Source: Bordetella parapertussis (GTDB taxonomy: Bacteria; Pseudomonadota; Gammaproteobacteria; Burkholderiales; SG8-39). Taken from it: 64,000 nucleotides of DNA. Within the stretch, counting starts at the first letter, position 1. Each line of letters starts with the position of its first letter. Both the position numbers and the translations under genes were made by a program. Positions 9,496-19,961 of the stretch are shown here, piece by piece. The notes under the pieces are model-generated. The model saw only the letters and a program-made list of their open reading frames with translations, made no database searches and was not told the DNA's origin. The stretch spans positions 3,754 through 67,753 of the forward strand of contig CAMAWC010000003.1 of assembly GCA_945861875.1 (NCBI GenBank). Direction: 5' to 3'.

Positions 9496-9900
9496 TCAGG
9501 CGCTCTTCGGGTACTCGCACACCTCGACCAGGTTGCCGTCCGGATCGCGCAAGTAAATCGAGCGCATGGCGCCCAGCGCGCCGCGGCGTGACACCGGGCC
9601 GGTGTCTATGGCGATGTTCTCCTTCTTGAGGTGGGCGATCACGCCATCCAGCGGCACCGCGGCGATGAGGCAAAAGTCGCCGGCGCCCAGGGTGGGCACG
9701 CGCGCCTTGGTCGGCGTTTCGGTGGCGGCGTCCTGCAGGTTGAGTTTTTGTTTGCCGAACAAGAGCGCGTGGCGCGGCTGGCCTTCAGGGCCGCGAAAGA
9801 ATTCGCGCTGCATGCCCAGGGCGCGTTCGTAAAAGCGCGTGGTGGCCTCGATGTCACTCACCGTCAGCACCAGGTGGTCTACGCGGTCGACAAGGCTCAT
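9496..9900 (-). CDS. VOC/glyoxalase family protein
   Basis: DHLVLTV at the N-terminus; SIYLRDPDGNLVE at the C-terminus. Confidence 0.92.
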   Translation of the reverse strand: MSLVDRVDHLVLTVSDIEATTRFYERALGMQREFFRGPEGQPRHALLFGKQKLNLQDAATETPTKARVPTLGAGDFCLIAAVPLDGVIAHLKKENIAIDTGPVSRRGALGAMRSIYLRDPDGNLVEVCEYPKSA

Positions 9901-9918
9901 GTTGATCTTCTGCGACGA

Positions 9919-10725
9919 CTAAATCGGCGCGGCCGGGGCCACGGCGACGCCTTCGATCTTGTGCCGCTCCAGCGCCTGGGCGACAAAGCCCGAGGCTTTC
10001 ATCTCCTCGACAAAGCCGCGCATGTACTTGATGCCCTCGTCGCGGCCCTTGGAGGTGCCCATGGCCTGGTTGATATCCATGAAGCGGCCGGGGAGCATGC
10101 GCAGGTCGGGCACGCGTTTCATGTCCTTTTCCAGCTGCTGTTTCACGCCGGCGGCGACGTCGAGGTTTTGCGCGATAAAGAGGTCCACCACGCCGCCCGA
10201 GGTGGGGGTGCGCTCGAGTTTGGCCTGTTTCAGTTCGCGCGACAGGAACAAGTCGTAGGCGCTCTTGGCGGCAACGGCGACGCGCACGCCCGGCTTGTCC
10301 ACTTCGGCGTTGGCCTTGATCGGCGAATCCTTGCGCACGACGTAGGTACCCTCGATCATGACGTAGGCGGCGGTGTAGTCGGTGTCGGCGCCGCGCAGCG
10401 GGTCAATGGCGAAAAAAGCAATGTCGGCCTGCTTGTTCTTGATCGCCTCGACCGATTTGTTTGCCGCATCAAAGGGTACCAGCACGACTTCCACGCCCAG
10501 GCGCTTGGCCAGTTCGCGCGACAAGTCCACCGACACGCCGCTGACTTCGCCGCTGGCGGCATCGCGCTTGGCCAGCACGGCGTTGCCGTAGTTGATGGCG
10601 GCGCGCAGCTTGCCGGTAGGCGCGAGTTGCGAAACGGCGGTGGCAGAGGGGGCGGGTGTGGTGGGCGTCATTGAGCAGGCAGTCAAAAAAGAGAGTGAAA
10701 AAAGGACGCTGGCAAGTCTGGGCAT
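9919..10725 (-). CDS. ABC transporter substrate-binding lipoprotein (polar amino-acid type)
   Basis: Lipobox FLTAC; LAPTGKLRAAINYGN and GVSVDL motifs of SBP family 3. Confidence 0.85.
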   Translation of the reverse strand: MPRLASVLFSLSFLTACSMTPTTPAPSATAVSQLAPTGKLRAAINYGNAVLAKRDAASGEVSGVSVDLSRELAKRLGVEVVLVPFDAANKSVEAIKNKQADIAFFAIDPLRGADTDYTAAYVMIEGTYVVRKDSPIKANAEVDKPGVRVAVAAKSAYDLFLSRELKQAKLERTPTSGGVVDLFIAQNLDVAAGVKQQLEKDMKRVPDLRMLPGRFMDINQAMGTSKGRDEGIKYMRGFVEEMKASGFVAQALERHKIEGVAVAPAAPI

Positions 10726-10818
10726 GGCGGATCCTTCAAGGGTATTGCGCTGCCGGCCGTAGTCAGGGTGCGGGACAGGCACGACGGGAGAGCGAGTTTA
10801 GCAGAGCGGGGCGCCCGG

Positions 10819-11244
10819 TCAGGGCAGCGGCATGCTGTGCCACCACAGGCGGCACACCTGGCACAGTCCGGCAACGTTGAACTGTGCGCTGAGCACGCCG
10901 TCCAGTACCAGGCGCGGCAGCGGGTCGCCGGGTTTGCGCGCGATCAGGTTGGTGCCGGTGGAGGCGGCCCAGATCTTGAACAATTCCTCCGAGGCCACCT
11001 GGTAGGTGACATGCCAGTGCGCGATGCCCGAGTCCGAGGATGTCGACAAGACCTCGTAAGTGAGGGTGATGTCTTCCTGCAACTTGATGCGCTGCCAGTA
11101 GGCATCCAGTGCGCCGTGGCCGCGTTGCGTCGCAAAAGGCGTGTTGTGGTATTCGCCGTCGGCGGCGAACAGGGCGCAAAAGCGCGCCGGGTCGCGGCCC
11201 TCCCATGCCGACTTGTAGCCTTGCATGAATGTTTCGATGTTCAA
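10819..11244 (-). CDS. NTF2/SnoaL-like protein
   Basis: FMQGYKSAWEGRD..LFAADGEY...PF....GH..L..YW pattern; TTG start after a GAGGGG RBS. Confidence 0.75.
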   Translation of the reverse strand: MNIETFMQGYKSAWEGRDPARFCALFAADGEYHNTPFATQRGHGALDAYWQRIKLQEDITLTYEVLSTSSDSGIAHWHVTYQVASEELFKIWAASTGTNLIARKPGDPLPRLVLDGVLSAQFNVAGLCQVCRLWWHSMPLP

Positions 11245-11491
11245 GGAAGCCCCCTCGCAGAAATGACTTTTCGCATACTCGCCGTTCAGTGCTTTGGCCG
11301 TCAACACCCGCGGCAATGCGCGTTCTCGATTGCGGCAAAGTGCCGCATGGCGGCGATATGCGGGGAAAAACGGCCTGCGGCCTGATATTAGGCGTGTTTC
11401 CTCGTATTTAGACTGCCGGAATCGCTCTGGCAAAGCCTCTTTCCGGTAGAATGCCGGCCTTCGCAAGAATCACCAGTGCATTGGAAATCCC

Positions 11492-13120
<1,629 letters not shown>

Positions 13121-13130
13121 CAATGGCAGC

Positions 13131-13167
13131 CGGCTGGAAATCCGCGCCAGTGGCGGGTTTCCGGCCG
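13131..13167. terminator. Hairpin between convergent genes
   Basis: CGGCTGGAAATCCGC...GCGGGTTTCCGGCCG stem (with G-U pairs) just after the ybiT stop. Confidence 0.45.
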
Positions 13168-13214
13168 ATTGTGTGGCGCCGGTGCGGCCGTCGGAGTCCG
13201 GTTGATGTAAGCGT

Positions 13215-13766
13215 CTACGGCCGGCCGGCTGCCGTGATGACGATCTCGACGCGCCGGTTCTGGGCGCGCCCTTGCGCGGTGTTGTTGCCGGCCACCGGGC
13301 GCGACTCCCCGAAGCCTTGCGCCGACATAGTGTTCATTGGCACGCCCTTGGCCGCGAGGTAGCGCAAAACAGCACCGGCGCGCGCGGAAGAAAGTTCGAT
13401 GTTGGACGGAAAGCGCGACCTGAGACCGGGACCGATCGGTACGTTGTCGGTAAATCCCTCGATAATGATTTGCTGCCCCGGCAGTGAGGCCAGTGTCGGT
13501 GCAATTTTTGCAAGCGCCGCTTCACCCTTTGCGTGCAGCTCCCAGCCGCCTTCGGAAAAGAGAATTTCATCGACGATGGTGACTTTGAGCTGGTTCTGCA
13601 AATCCTGGATCTTTGCCGTATCGCTGCTCAGTTCCGCCGACAATTGCTGGTTGAGTTGTGCGTACGAGTCCGCCCTTTTCACTTCGGTGTTGTAGGTCTG
13701 CTGTGAAACGCAGGCTGCGGTGAGTAGCGTCACAGATAACGCCATGCTGAGTTTGATCGATTTCAT
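13215..13766 (-). CDS. OmpA/MotB C-terminal domain lipoprotein
   Basis: Lipobox LTAAC; IEGFTDNVP, N.ELSSARA, GRAQNRRVEI peptidoglycan-binding motifs; GGAG RBS. Confidence 0.88.
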   Translation of the reverse strand: MKSIKLSMALSVTLLTAACVSQQTYNTEVKRADSYAQLNQQLSAELSSDTAKIQDLQNQLKVTIVDEILFSEGGWELHAKGEAALAKIAPTLASLPGQQIIIEGFTDNVPIGPGLRSRFPSNIELSSARAGAVLRYLAAKGVPMNTMSAQGFGESRPVAGNNTAQGRAQNRRVEIVITAAGRP

Positions 13767-14016
13767 TTGATTCTCCAGTCTACGTATGCAATATGAGAAT
13801 CCGTCTGCGCCATCCAAGGTGATTTCATTCTGCACCGGATAAAATTGGCGTTGGCCGGGCGCTTGAAAGGGCGGCGGCGGCCAGGGCGAGCGTGGCATAC
13901 AGCGGACCGGCCATTCTACGAATGGATCCGGCGGTTTTAATTATTTTTTCGTTCCTTTTTGTCTTCAGCCGGCGTTCAATGCTGGTCGCCGGCCGCTTGG
14001 TTTTCGCTCGGGCGGG

Positions 14017-14748
14017 TCAAGGAGTCGCCACCACAACGTAGTGAACGCCGTTTGCGCCAAATGACGGCTTGAACCAGGTATTGCCGATTCGGTAGTAAGT
14101 GATGCCGTTTTTGGTGATCGCAAGCGCACCGGACGGCAGCACCGCGTAACTGACGCCCACCGGGTAGGGCCTGACGACGGGGTAGGGCGTGACGACGACC
14201 GTCGGTGTCGCGGCGGTCGCAGCAGCCACGCCGACAACTGCGCCGGCTGCGGCTGCGCAACCGACGCAAGTGGTGGCGTAGTAAGGCACGACGACCGGCG
14301 GGTGGTAGGCGGGGGGCACATAATACGCCGCGGGTGCGCCGTAATACGGGCTGTGATAAGCGGTGGCACCGGATGGCGCCGTATAGCTGGTGTAGCCCGA
14401 ACCCGTGGCATGGTAGGCGCTGCCGCCATCGGCGCCGGTCGCGGAGGTGCCCTGCCCGTAGGTGCGGGTGGCGGTGCCGCCGTTGGCGTTGGTTGCGGTC
14501 GTAGAACCCGATCCTTCGGCATGGTAGGCCGACCCGCCGTACTGGTTGGTCGCGGACGTGCCCTGGCCGGCGGTGTGGGTGGCACTGGATCCCCACGATG
14601 TGGTCGCGGTTGTGGACCCGGTGCTGTGCGTCGTGGTACCACCAGCGCGGTTTGCCGACGACCACGCCGCCGCAGGCCCCGAGGCGAGCGCGGTGCTCAG
14701 AATAATTACGATGCCAATCATGTTTTTTCTCATGGTTTGCCTCTTCAT
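14017..14748 (-). CDS. Secreted Gly/Thr/Ser-rich repeat protein
   Basis: Signal peptide, internal repeats (GQGTSAT...GGSAYH) and a Tyr/Pro-rich C-terminus; ATGA overlap with the upstream gene. Confidence 0.7.
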   Translation of the reverse strand: MKRQTMRKNMIGIVIILSTALASGPAAAWSSANRAGGTTTHSTGSTTATTSWGSSATHTAGQGTSATNQYGGSAYHAEGSGSTTATNANGGTATRTYGQGTSATGADGGSAYHATGSGYTSYTAPSGATAYHSPYYGAPAAYYVPPAYHPPVVVPYYATTCVGCAAAAGAVVGVAAATAATPTVVVTPYPVVRPYPVGVSYAVLPSGALAITKNGITYYRIGNTWFKPSFGANGVHYVVVATP

Positions 14749-15656
14749 TGGGTCTTGGGTTTTGCGGACTTGCCCAGTCCGATCGGTTTGAAGCCGGGCG
14801 GCAGTTTAGGCACCTCCGGCCGCGCAAATGCGATGGGTGTCGCGGATGCGATCTTTGCGGAACTGAACGCATCGGCGGGTACCGCCGGATCGAGCTGCCA
14901 GTTCGACAGGTCAAGCTGGTGGCGCAAGCGCAGCGGGTCGGCGCGGAAGACGGCGTTCATCTTGCGCGGCAGTTTGTCTTCGGCGCCGATCCAGACTTGC
15001 ACGAACACATCGTTGGTTGCGAATGCGAGCATCTCTGTGGTCGTGCCGCCCACCACCTTGGACTGGCCGATGTAGAAGGCGAGCGTCACCCCGTCCGCAA
15101 TCACTGCGTAAGGATCGGTGAGAATCAGGTCGGTGAAAGGATAGTAGATGGCGGCAGAGTTGTACGCCGTCTTCAGCGTCGCCTCTATCGTCGGCGGCGC
15201 GTCGGCCACCGCCACAAAGTTCTCCGCCGGGGCAAAGGCCATCATTTTTTTGCCGTCGTAGTAAAACTCGGTCGCGGGACCGTCGCCGAGGGTGAGGACC
15301 CGCAGCTTGTCGGGGCGTTGGACGAGGACCTCGGAGCGGGTGGTGAAGGCGAGCGCCGGGCCGAGCAGGCTCGGATGCTCGTAGGTCACGACCGAGGTAA
15401 AGCTCATCGACTTGGCCGCGGCGAGGCGCTCACTCATGCCCTTGAGCAAGGCGAGGGCGCGCGGTTCGCGCACCATCTCGGGCGCCTTCGCCTGTGCTTT
15501 GGCCGCCGGCTTGGCGGCCTTGGCAGGTTTTGCAGCCGGGGTCGCCGGCTTGGCGTCGGCCGCCGGTGCCTGCGCCTGCGCGGCCGCGCCGGTGGCGGCA
15601 AAGATCCCGACGGCCAGCGCCACGGACGCAATGGAAAGTGCGGTCAATTTTTTCAA
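14745..15656 (-). CDS. DUF2092-like periplasmic protein
   Basis: Signal peptide and Ala/Pro/Lys linker; LKGMSERLAAAKSMSF, VQRPDKLRV, FYYDGK, QVWIG..DKLPRK; TTG start after an AGGAG RBS. Confidence 0.75.
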   Translation of the reverse strand: MKKLTALSIASVALAVGIFAATGAAAQAQAPAADAKPATPAAKPAKAAKPAAKAQAKAPEMVREPRALALLKGMSERLAAAKSMSFTSVVTYEHPSLLGPALAFTTRSEVLVQRPDKLRVLTLGDGPATEFYYDGKKMMAFAPAENFVAVADAPPTIEATLKTAYNSAAIYYPFTDLILTDPYAVIADGVTLAFYIGQSKVVGGTTTEMLAFATNDVFVQVWIGAEDKLPRKMNAVFRADPLRLRHQLDLSNWQLDPAVPADAFSSAKIASATPIAFARPEVPKLPPGFKPIGLGKSAKPKTQ

Positions 15657-15699
15657 AATCTGGCTCCTGTTAACGAAGTGGCAAAACGTTTGCAGCAAT

Positions 15700-16190
15700 G
15701 GCGGTCAGGGTACGCGCGTGACCGGCGGCAGCTTGTATGTTCCCCATCCAGCAACTCCTTTTTCGGCGGGTAGATACGCGCGGTCAGGTTAAACGGCCCG
15801 CTAGGCGGGGTTGGTAGAAGCCAGTTCGACTCATTGTACGCGCCCGGAGAGGTCACCTGCACGTAAAGATCGAACGATTCGTCGGCATTCTGCGTGAAAG
15901 GCATGGACGACAGAACACAGTAGGGGTTGATTGAATTGCGGATGTAAAAGTTCTCGCGATACGGTGAGATCGACCAGACGGTGGAACCCGAGGGTGGCAG
16001 TTGCACCTTGGGGAAGCGGATGGCCTACCTGCAGGCGGCGTCGAGAGCCTGGCCCTTGCCGTCGGCAAATGCCCTGGGGTAGAGGGAATCGTCCGGGGTC
16101 AGCGCACCCAGTCCGGCATGGGCGATGAAGGCGCGGGTGTTGTAATCGGTACCGTGGCGGCCGAGGTTGGTCGGCATTTGCAGCCGATTG
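15700..16190 (-). pseudogene. DUF1254/DUF1214 family pseudogene (C-terminal fragment)
   Basis: Fragments GTDYNTRAFIAHAGLGA, DGKGQALD and WSISPY...NADESFDLYVQ...SNWLLP..GPFNLTARIY, broken by a frameshift and an in-frame TAG. Boundaries approximate. Confidence 0.7.
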
Positions 16191-16227
16191 TGTCGGGCGG
16201 ACGCGGCGCGGACGCCTCGGCGTGGTG

Positions 16228-16401
16228 CTAGACGGCGGGCTTGACCTCGGCGTTGGCGGGCGGTGGGGCATCGCCGGCCTGGGCGTCACCGGCGAGCGGA
16301 TCTTCGGCGGCTCCTTGTTTTTTGCGCAGCTTTTCTTCCTTCTTGGCCTTCTTGGCCATTTCTCTCTGGCGTTTGGCGAAATCGTAGTTGGGCTTGGCCA
16401 A
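16228..16401 (-). CDS. Small Lys-rich hypothetical protein (57 aa)
   Basis: TTG start after an AAGGA RBS: MAKPNYDFAKRQREMAKKAKKEEKLRKKQG...VKPAV*. Below the ORF-track size cutoff. Confidence 0.65.
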   Translation of the reverse strand: MAKPNYDFAKRQREMAKKAKKEEKLRKKQGAAEDPLAGDAQAGDAPPPANAEVKPAV

Positions 16402-16501
16402 TTTGTGTGTCCTTTTGTCGAGTGGCAGGGGTAACAGGCCTAGGGTAACCGCTTTTGCCCCTTAGCGCACCCGACCGGGGCAAAAAGGGCGCTGATTTGC
16501 G

Positions 16502-17131
16502 CTAGTTGCGCATCAGCGGGTTGGGCGTGGGCTCCTCGAGCTTGCGCAGGGTGTTTTTGTCGGTGTGGTGGAACAACGCGTCCTTGCCGGCGATCTTGAG
16601 CACGGTGTCCTGGTCGTAGCTCCAACTGCCGTCCTTGTGCACATCAACCTGGATGCGAAACGACTCGGTGCGAAAAGCATGGTCGAGAAAAGGGTTGGAC
16701 AGCGTGCCGTAGTGCGGCGAACCGAATTCGCAGGTCAGCTCAAAACTGCTGGCGTCGGCGGCGGCACGACCGGCGGCCATCGCCACCTGGCCGCGCGGGA
16801 TGGCCAGGGTGTGGATGATGGTTTGCGTCGCCGGCTCCCACAGCCAGTAGCCGACCTGGTCGTGAAAGGTCTTGACCTCGTTCGGCTTGGTGATATGCAG
16901 GTGGTAGCGCAGGCCGTAAAACAGCTGCGGGCCGTTGGTCTGCGGGTCTATGGGTTGCAACTCGTAGCGCTCGACGTAGGCTTGTTTTTCCGGACCGAAG
17001 GATTCCGGATGCACGTCAAGGCCGCGTGTGCTCTGCCACACGCCGGCGAGGGCGCGCAGCGGGCCGAGATTTTTGAGCGTATCGGGATCGATCTCGGGTT
17101 CAGTGTAAATGTCGGCGGGAAAATCGGACAT
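16502..17131 (-). CDS. Nitrobindin/FABP-like heme-binding beta-barrel protein (DUF1794)
   Basis: NLGPLRALAGVW, YGLRYH, FHDQVGYWLWEP, FHHTDKNTL motifs. Confidence 0.85.
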   Translation of the reverse strand: MSDFPADIYTEPEIDPDTLKNLGPLRALAGVWQSTRGLDVHPESFGPEKQAYVERYELQPIDPQTNGPQLFYGLRYHLHITKPNEVKTFHDQVGYWLWEPATQTIIHTLAIPRGQVAMAAGRAAADASSFELTCEFGSPHYGTLSNPFLDHAFRTESFRIQVDVHKDGSWSYDQDTVLKIAGKDALFHHTDKNTLRKLEEPTPNPLMRN

Positions 17132-17263
17132 GCGGGGCTCCAGCTTATTGACGGGTGGAAGGGGTCGCTCATTGTAAATCCGTAATTTGTGCGTCGGTGC
17201 GCGCAAAAGAGGTGGCCGGCAAGGCGTGCCAGATACCAATGGCACTTCCTTAAGCAAGCGGCT

Positions 17264-17360
17264 GTCATTCCGGGGCCGCAAAGCGGAACCCCGAATCCAT
17301 GGGGTTCGTCGCTCAGGTACAAATCCAACCCCATCGATCCCCGCTTTCGCGGGGATGACG
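17264..17360. repeat. REP-like palindromic element, family A
   Basis: GTCATTCCGGGG...GAATCCATGGGGTT and AACCCCATCGATCCCCGCTTTCGCGGGGATGAC arms. Confidence 0.8.
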
Positions 17361-17431
17361 ATAAACCGGAGGGGCGAAAAATATCAAGCAAGTGCCAATT
17401 CCGCCAGGTGAGACCTTCCAGCTTATGGAGT

Positions 17432-18847
17432 TCAGGCTGCGAGGGGCGGCAGGCGCTTATGCCAGTCGGTGACACGCTGGTAGGCGTCACCGGCGCGCAG
17501 CAGCAGGGCTTCGGTAAAAGGCTTGCCGACGAGCTGGAAGCTCACCGGTAATGCATCGACAAAGCCACAGGGCACGGCCAGCGCCGGCAGGCCGAGGTAG
17601 TTGATGCCGCGCGTGCAGTGGGTTATGGCGCCGATCTTGGCCGCGATGGCAGCCGGGTCGCCGGCGGTGGTTTCTGCTATCGAGGGCACAGGTATGGATA
17701 GCGTCGGCAGGTGCAGCAGGTCGGCGCCTTGCATTGCGCTGGCGACATACTCGGCGGCGATTTTGGCGCGCAGCGACAAGGCCTCGGTGTAGCGCGTGGC
17801 CGGGTAGTAAAGTCCGGGCTCGATGCGGCTCCTGACCTGGTCGGCATAATCGTCCGGGCGTGTCGCCAGCCAGTTGCGGTGGATGCTCGCCGCCTCGACC
17901 GTCATCACCACGATCATCAGCGCGTTGATGAGGGCCATGTCCGGCACCCTGGTGGTGACGGTTTTGGCGCCCAGGTCGCGCAGTGCGGTGAGCGAGTCAT
18001 CCAGCGCTTTTTTTACCCCGGGCGTGACGTGCTCATAGTAGTAATTGCCGGGCACGGCGATGGTCAGGTTTTTCAGGTGGCCGTTGAGCTGGGAGGCATA
18101 GTCGGGCACCGGCATGTGCGAGGCGGTGGGATCGGCGATGTCCGCCCCGGCGATGACCTGCATGATACGGGCGCAGTCGCGCGCCGTTTGCGCCAGTGAC
18201 CCGATGCAGTCGAGTGACCAGGACAGCGGCATGGCATTGGCGCGGCTGACGCGCGACCAGGTCGGCTTGAGCCCGGTGAGTCCGCACATCGCCGCCGGGT
18301 GGCGGATTGAGCCGCCGGTATCCGAACCCAGTGAAGCGCTGATGAGCCGCGCGGCGACGGCGGCGCCCGATCCGCTGGAGGACCCGCCGGTGACGTGGGC
18401 GGTGTTCCACGGGTTGCGCGCGTGGCCGTAGGGCTCGTTGTAGCCGGTGGGCGAGAGCGCGAACTCGGCCATGTGCAGGGTGCCCAGGTCGAGCGCACCG
18501 GCGGCATCAAGGCGATTGAGTACCGTCGCGGTGGCCTGCGGCACGAAGCCCTGGCGAATTTTTGAACCGCCGGCGCAGGGGCGGCCCCTTCGGTAGAACA
18601 AATCCTTGTGCGCCAGCGGCACGCCGTGCAGCAGGCCGAGCGGCTTGCCGGCTTTACGCGCGGCGTCGGCCTTGTCGGCGGCGGTGAGGGCTTGTTCTTC
18701 CTCGATCAGGACCACGGCATTGAGTTTTGGTCCGATGGCCTTCAGGCGCGCGAGGCTGGCTTCGGTGGCGGCGCGCGAACTGATCTCGCCCCTGGCGATG
18801 GCCTCGGCCAGTTCGCTCAGCGACAACAGGTATGGCGCGGCGCTCAT
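17432..18847 (-). CDS. Amidase signature family protein (GatA/AtzE-like)
   Basis: GVPLAHKD, GGSSSGSG, LGSDTGGSIR (Lys-cisSer-Ser triad). Confidence 0.93.
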   Translation of the reverse strand: MSAAPYLLSLSELAEAIARGEISSRAATEASLARLKAIGPKLNAVVLIEEEQALTAADKADAARKAGKPLGLLHGVPLAHKDLFYRRGRPCAGGSKIRQGFVPQATATVLNRLDAAGALDLGTLHMAEFALSPTGYNEPYGHARNPWNTAHVTGGSSSGSGAAVAARLISASLGSDTGGSIRHPAAMCGLTGLKPTWSRVSRANAMPLSWSLDCIGSLAQTARDCARIMQVIAGADIADPTASHMPVPDYASQLNGHLKNLTIAVPGNYYYEHVTPGVKKALDDSLTALRDLGAKTVTTRVPDMALINALMIVVMTVEAASIHRNWLATRPDDYADQVRSRIEPGLYYPATRYTEALSLRAKIAAEYVASAMQGADLLHLPTLSIPVPSIAETTAGDPAAIAAKIGAITHCTRGINYLGLPALAVPCGFVDALPVSFQLVGKPFTEALLLRAGDAYQRVTDWHKRLPPLAA

Positions 18848-19047
18848 GGCTTGTGGCCTTCGAGCCAGGCGACAAAATCAGCGGGGCTGTCGTCCATGCG
18901 CAGTCGTTCGCGCGCGGCCTTGGCGATGATGGCGTTGTTGGCTTCGACCAGCGGCCGTGTGCGTGCGACGCGCTCTGGTGGCAGTTCCAGTTGTTGCAGC
19001 GCCGAGGCGATATCGCCGGGGGTGGCATCTTGTATGAGTTTGCTCAT
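18844..19047 (-). CDS. 67-aa protein, putative amidase small subunit (AtzG/GatC-like)
   Basis: MSKLIQDATPGDIASALQQLELPPERVART...; fills the gap between genes exactly and overlaps the amidase start (ATGA). Confidence 0.6.
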   Translation of the reverse strand: MSKLIQDATPGDIASALQQLELPPERVARTRPLVEANNAIIAKAARERLRMDDSPADFVAWLEGHKP

Positions 19048-19049
19048 GG

Positions 19050-19961
19050 TCAGCTTCCTGGAATGACGCCCGGCGGCAGCGCCAGGCAGTGGTTGGCAAT
19101 GTCGCCTGGTCTGGTCCACCACACGCGGCCGGCGAGCGGATGCTTCACGCAGTGTTGCAACGCGCGGCGCAAGGCCCGGATGCGAAAGGGCTGGCCGAAC
19201 ACATAGGGATGGACGGACACGTTCATGACCAGCGGATGGCGCGCGCTTTGTTCGACGATTTCATCGAATTGCGCAACGACCATGTCGTAGAACACTTCGG
19301 CGCTCCATTTGCGATGGATGATGGCCTGTGCGTCGTCGGTTTCTATCGGGTAGGGCACCACCAGGATCGGACCGGCGCGCGTGCGCATCCACACCGGCTG
19401 GTCGTCCATGGGCCAGTCCATCAGGTAGGTATAACCCAGTTCCTTGAGCAGGTCGGGCGTATGCGCGGTTTCGTAGGCGCCGGCGCCCATCCATCCCCTG
19501 GGCGGACTGCCTTCGTGCCGGGTAATGGTCTCGGTGACTTCGCGCAGCAGGTGTTCTTCGTCGGGCTGCCACAGGCCGCGCAGGTTCTCGGCATTGGTCC
19601 GGCCATGCGCTATGAGTTCGTCGCCGCGCCTGCGTATGGCATCGGTGATCTGCGGAGCGTAGTCGTAAATAAGGCTGTTGGTAGCGTGTCCGGCGGGCAG
19701 TTCCAGCTCGTCAAGGAGGTCAAACAACCGCCAGATGCCGATGCGGTTGCCGTAGTCGCGCCAGGAATAATTGCGATGCGTCTGCGGCTCGCCGGTCTTG
19801 GCCGGGTCATGGCCCATGCCGGCACCGAAGGCAAACCATTCGATGTTGGTGGTGACGGTGAACGCAAGGCGTTTGCCGTCCGGCCAGGAATAGTCTTGGC
19901 GCTCGGTCAGCGGAAGGAAATCGTAGCGATCGTGCCGGGGTAGGAGGGGTTTGTCGCTCAT
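19050..19961 (-). CDS. Polysaccharide deacetylase (CE4) family, PuuE/allantoinase-like
   Basis: WPDGKRLA, NIEWF, WRDYGNRIGIWR, AHG, GWMG, HPYVFGQPFR motifs. Confidence 0.88.
   Translation of the reverse strand: MSDKPLLPRHDRYDFLPLTERQDYSWPDGKRLAFTVTTNIEWFAFGAGMGHDPAKTGEPQTHRNYSWRDYGNRIGIWRLFDLLDELELPAGHATNSLIYDYAPQITDAIRRRGDELIAHGRTNAENLRGLWQPDEEHLLREVTETITRHEGSPPRGWMGAGAYETAHTPDLLKELGYTYLMDWPMDDQPVWMRTRAGPILVVPYPIETDDAQAIIHRKWSAEVFYDMVVAQFDEIVEQSARHPLVMNVSVHPYVFGQPFRIRALRRALQHCVKHPLAGRVWWTRPGDIANHCLALPPGVIPGS

Noticed and set aside
17432-19047. gatCA of the tRNA-dependent amidotransferase
   Set aside because: No gatB, the small protein is shorter than a typical GatC, and the context is catabolic.
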